From contig NW_026921639.1 of NCBI RefSeq assembly GCF_032062105.1, positions 1-64,000 on the forward strand: a DNA stretch of 64,000 bases, given 5' to 3'. The stretch is from Saccostrea cucullata (lineage: Eukaryota). The position numbers and the translations under genes are program-made. Positions 63,735 to 64,000 of the stretch are shown in pieces. The stretch's first letter is position 1, and every line of letters begins with the position of its first letter. The notes beneath the pieces were generated by a model. That model did no database searches and had not been told where the DNA came from. It was given only the letters and a program-made list of their open reading frames with translations.

Positions 63735-64000
63735 CTAAAAAAATTAGAATGTAACTTTCATTTTGTTAAATACCGTTTCGTGTTTGTCAATAACCAGCTC
63801 AACCAATCAACGAGCTTGGCGCAAATATTGTATTAAGAATTCAAGACACAGGATTCGCGAAAGTCTTATAGTACAACCAGTGCCTACGGTAATATTTCTT
63901 AAAGCAAGTTTAGAGTTATTTTCTAAGATGTCTGGAAGAAGAAGAGTCCGACTTCCTGGAAGATTTCAAGAAGGTGAAAGACGTAAGTATGGTAATTTGT

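Overview
AT-rich eukaryotic (animal) genomic DNA. The repeat repertoire resembles a bivalve mollusc such as an oyster, which is inferred rather than shown. No intact host gene is evident; the window is mostly nested transposable elements. The centrepiece is a ~17.5 kb Penelope-like element (PLE, Neptune-type, RT plus C-terminal GIY-YIG) pile-up at a (TA)n microsatellite (32561-50087). It holds two full tandem units (3882 bp consensus) and a 5'-truncated third on the minus strand, a fold-back junction and an inverted fourth copy on the plus strand. The 3' ends of two other PLE families are also present. Each pseudo-LTR carries a minimal type I hammerhead ribozyme (7 in total, with compensatory changes between families). 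The unit has an unusual ORF1 overlapping an ATG-less pol frame in the -1 phase. Other content: a twin-primed (5'-inverted) L1/Tx1 LINE with a 14-bp TSD, a 5'-truncated PLE RT lacking a C-terminal endonuclease (Naiad-like) and Gypsy remnants. There are also a Harbinger transposase/Myb pair, an intact IS3/IS481-like integrase ORF, RecQ and DEDDh-exonuclease remnants, tRNA-derived SINEs, Helentron-type (HINE) elements with satellite arrays and many MITEs. All calls are by eye; no searches were run.
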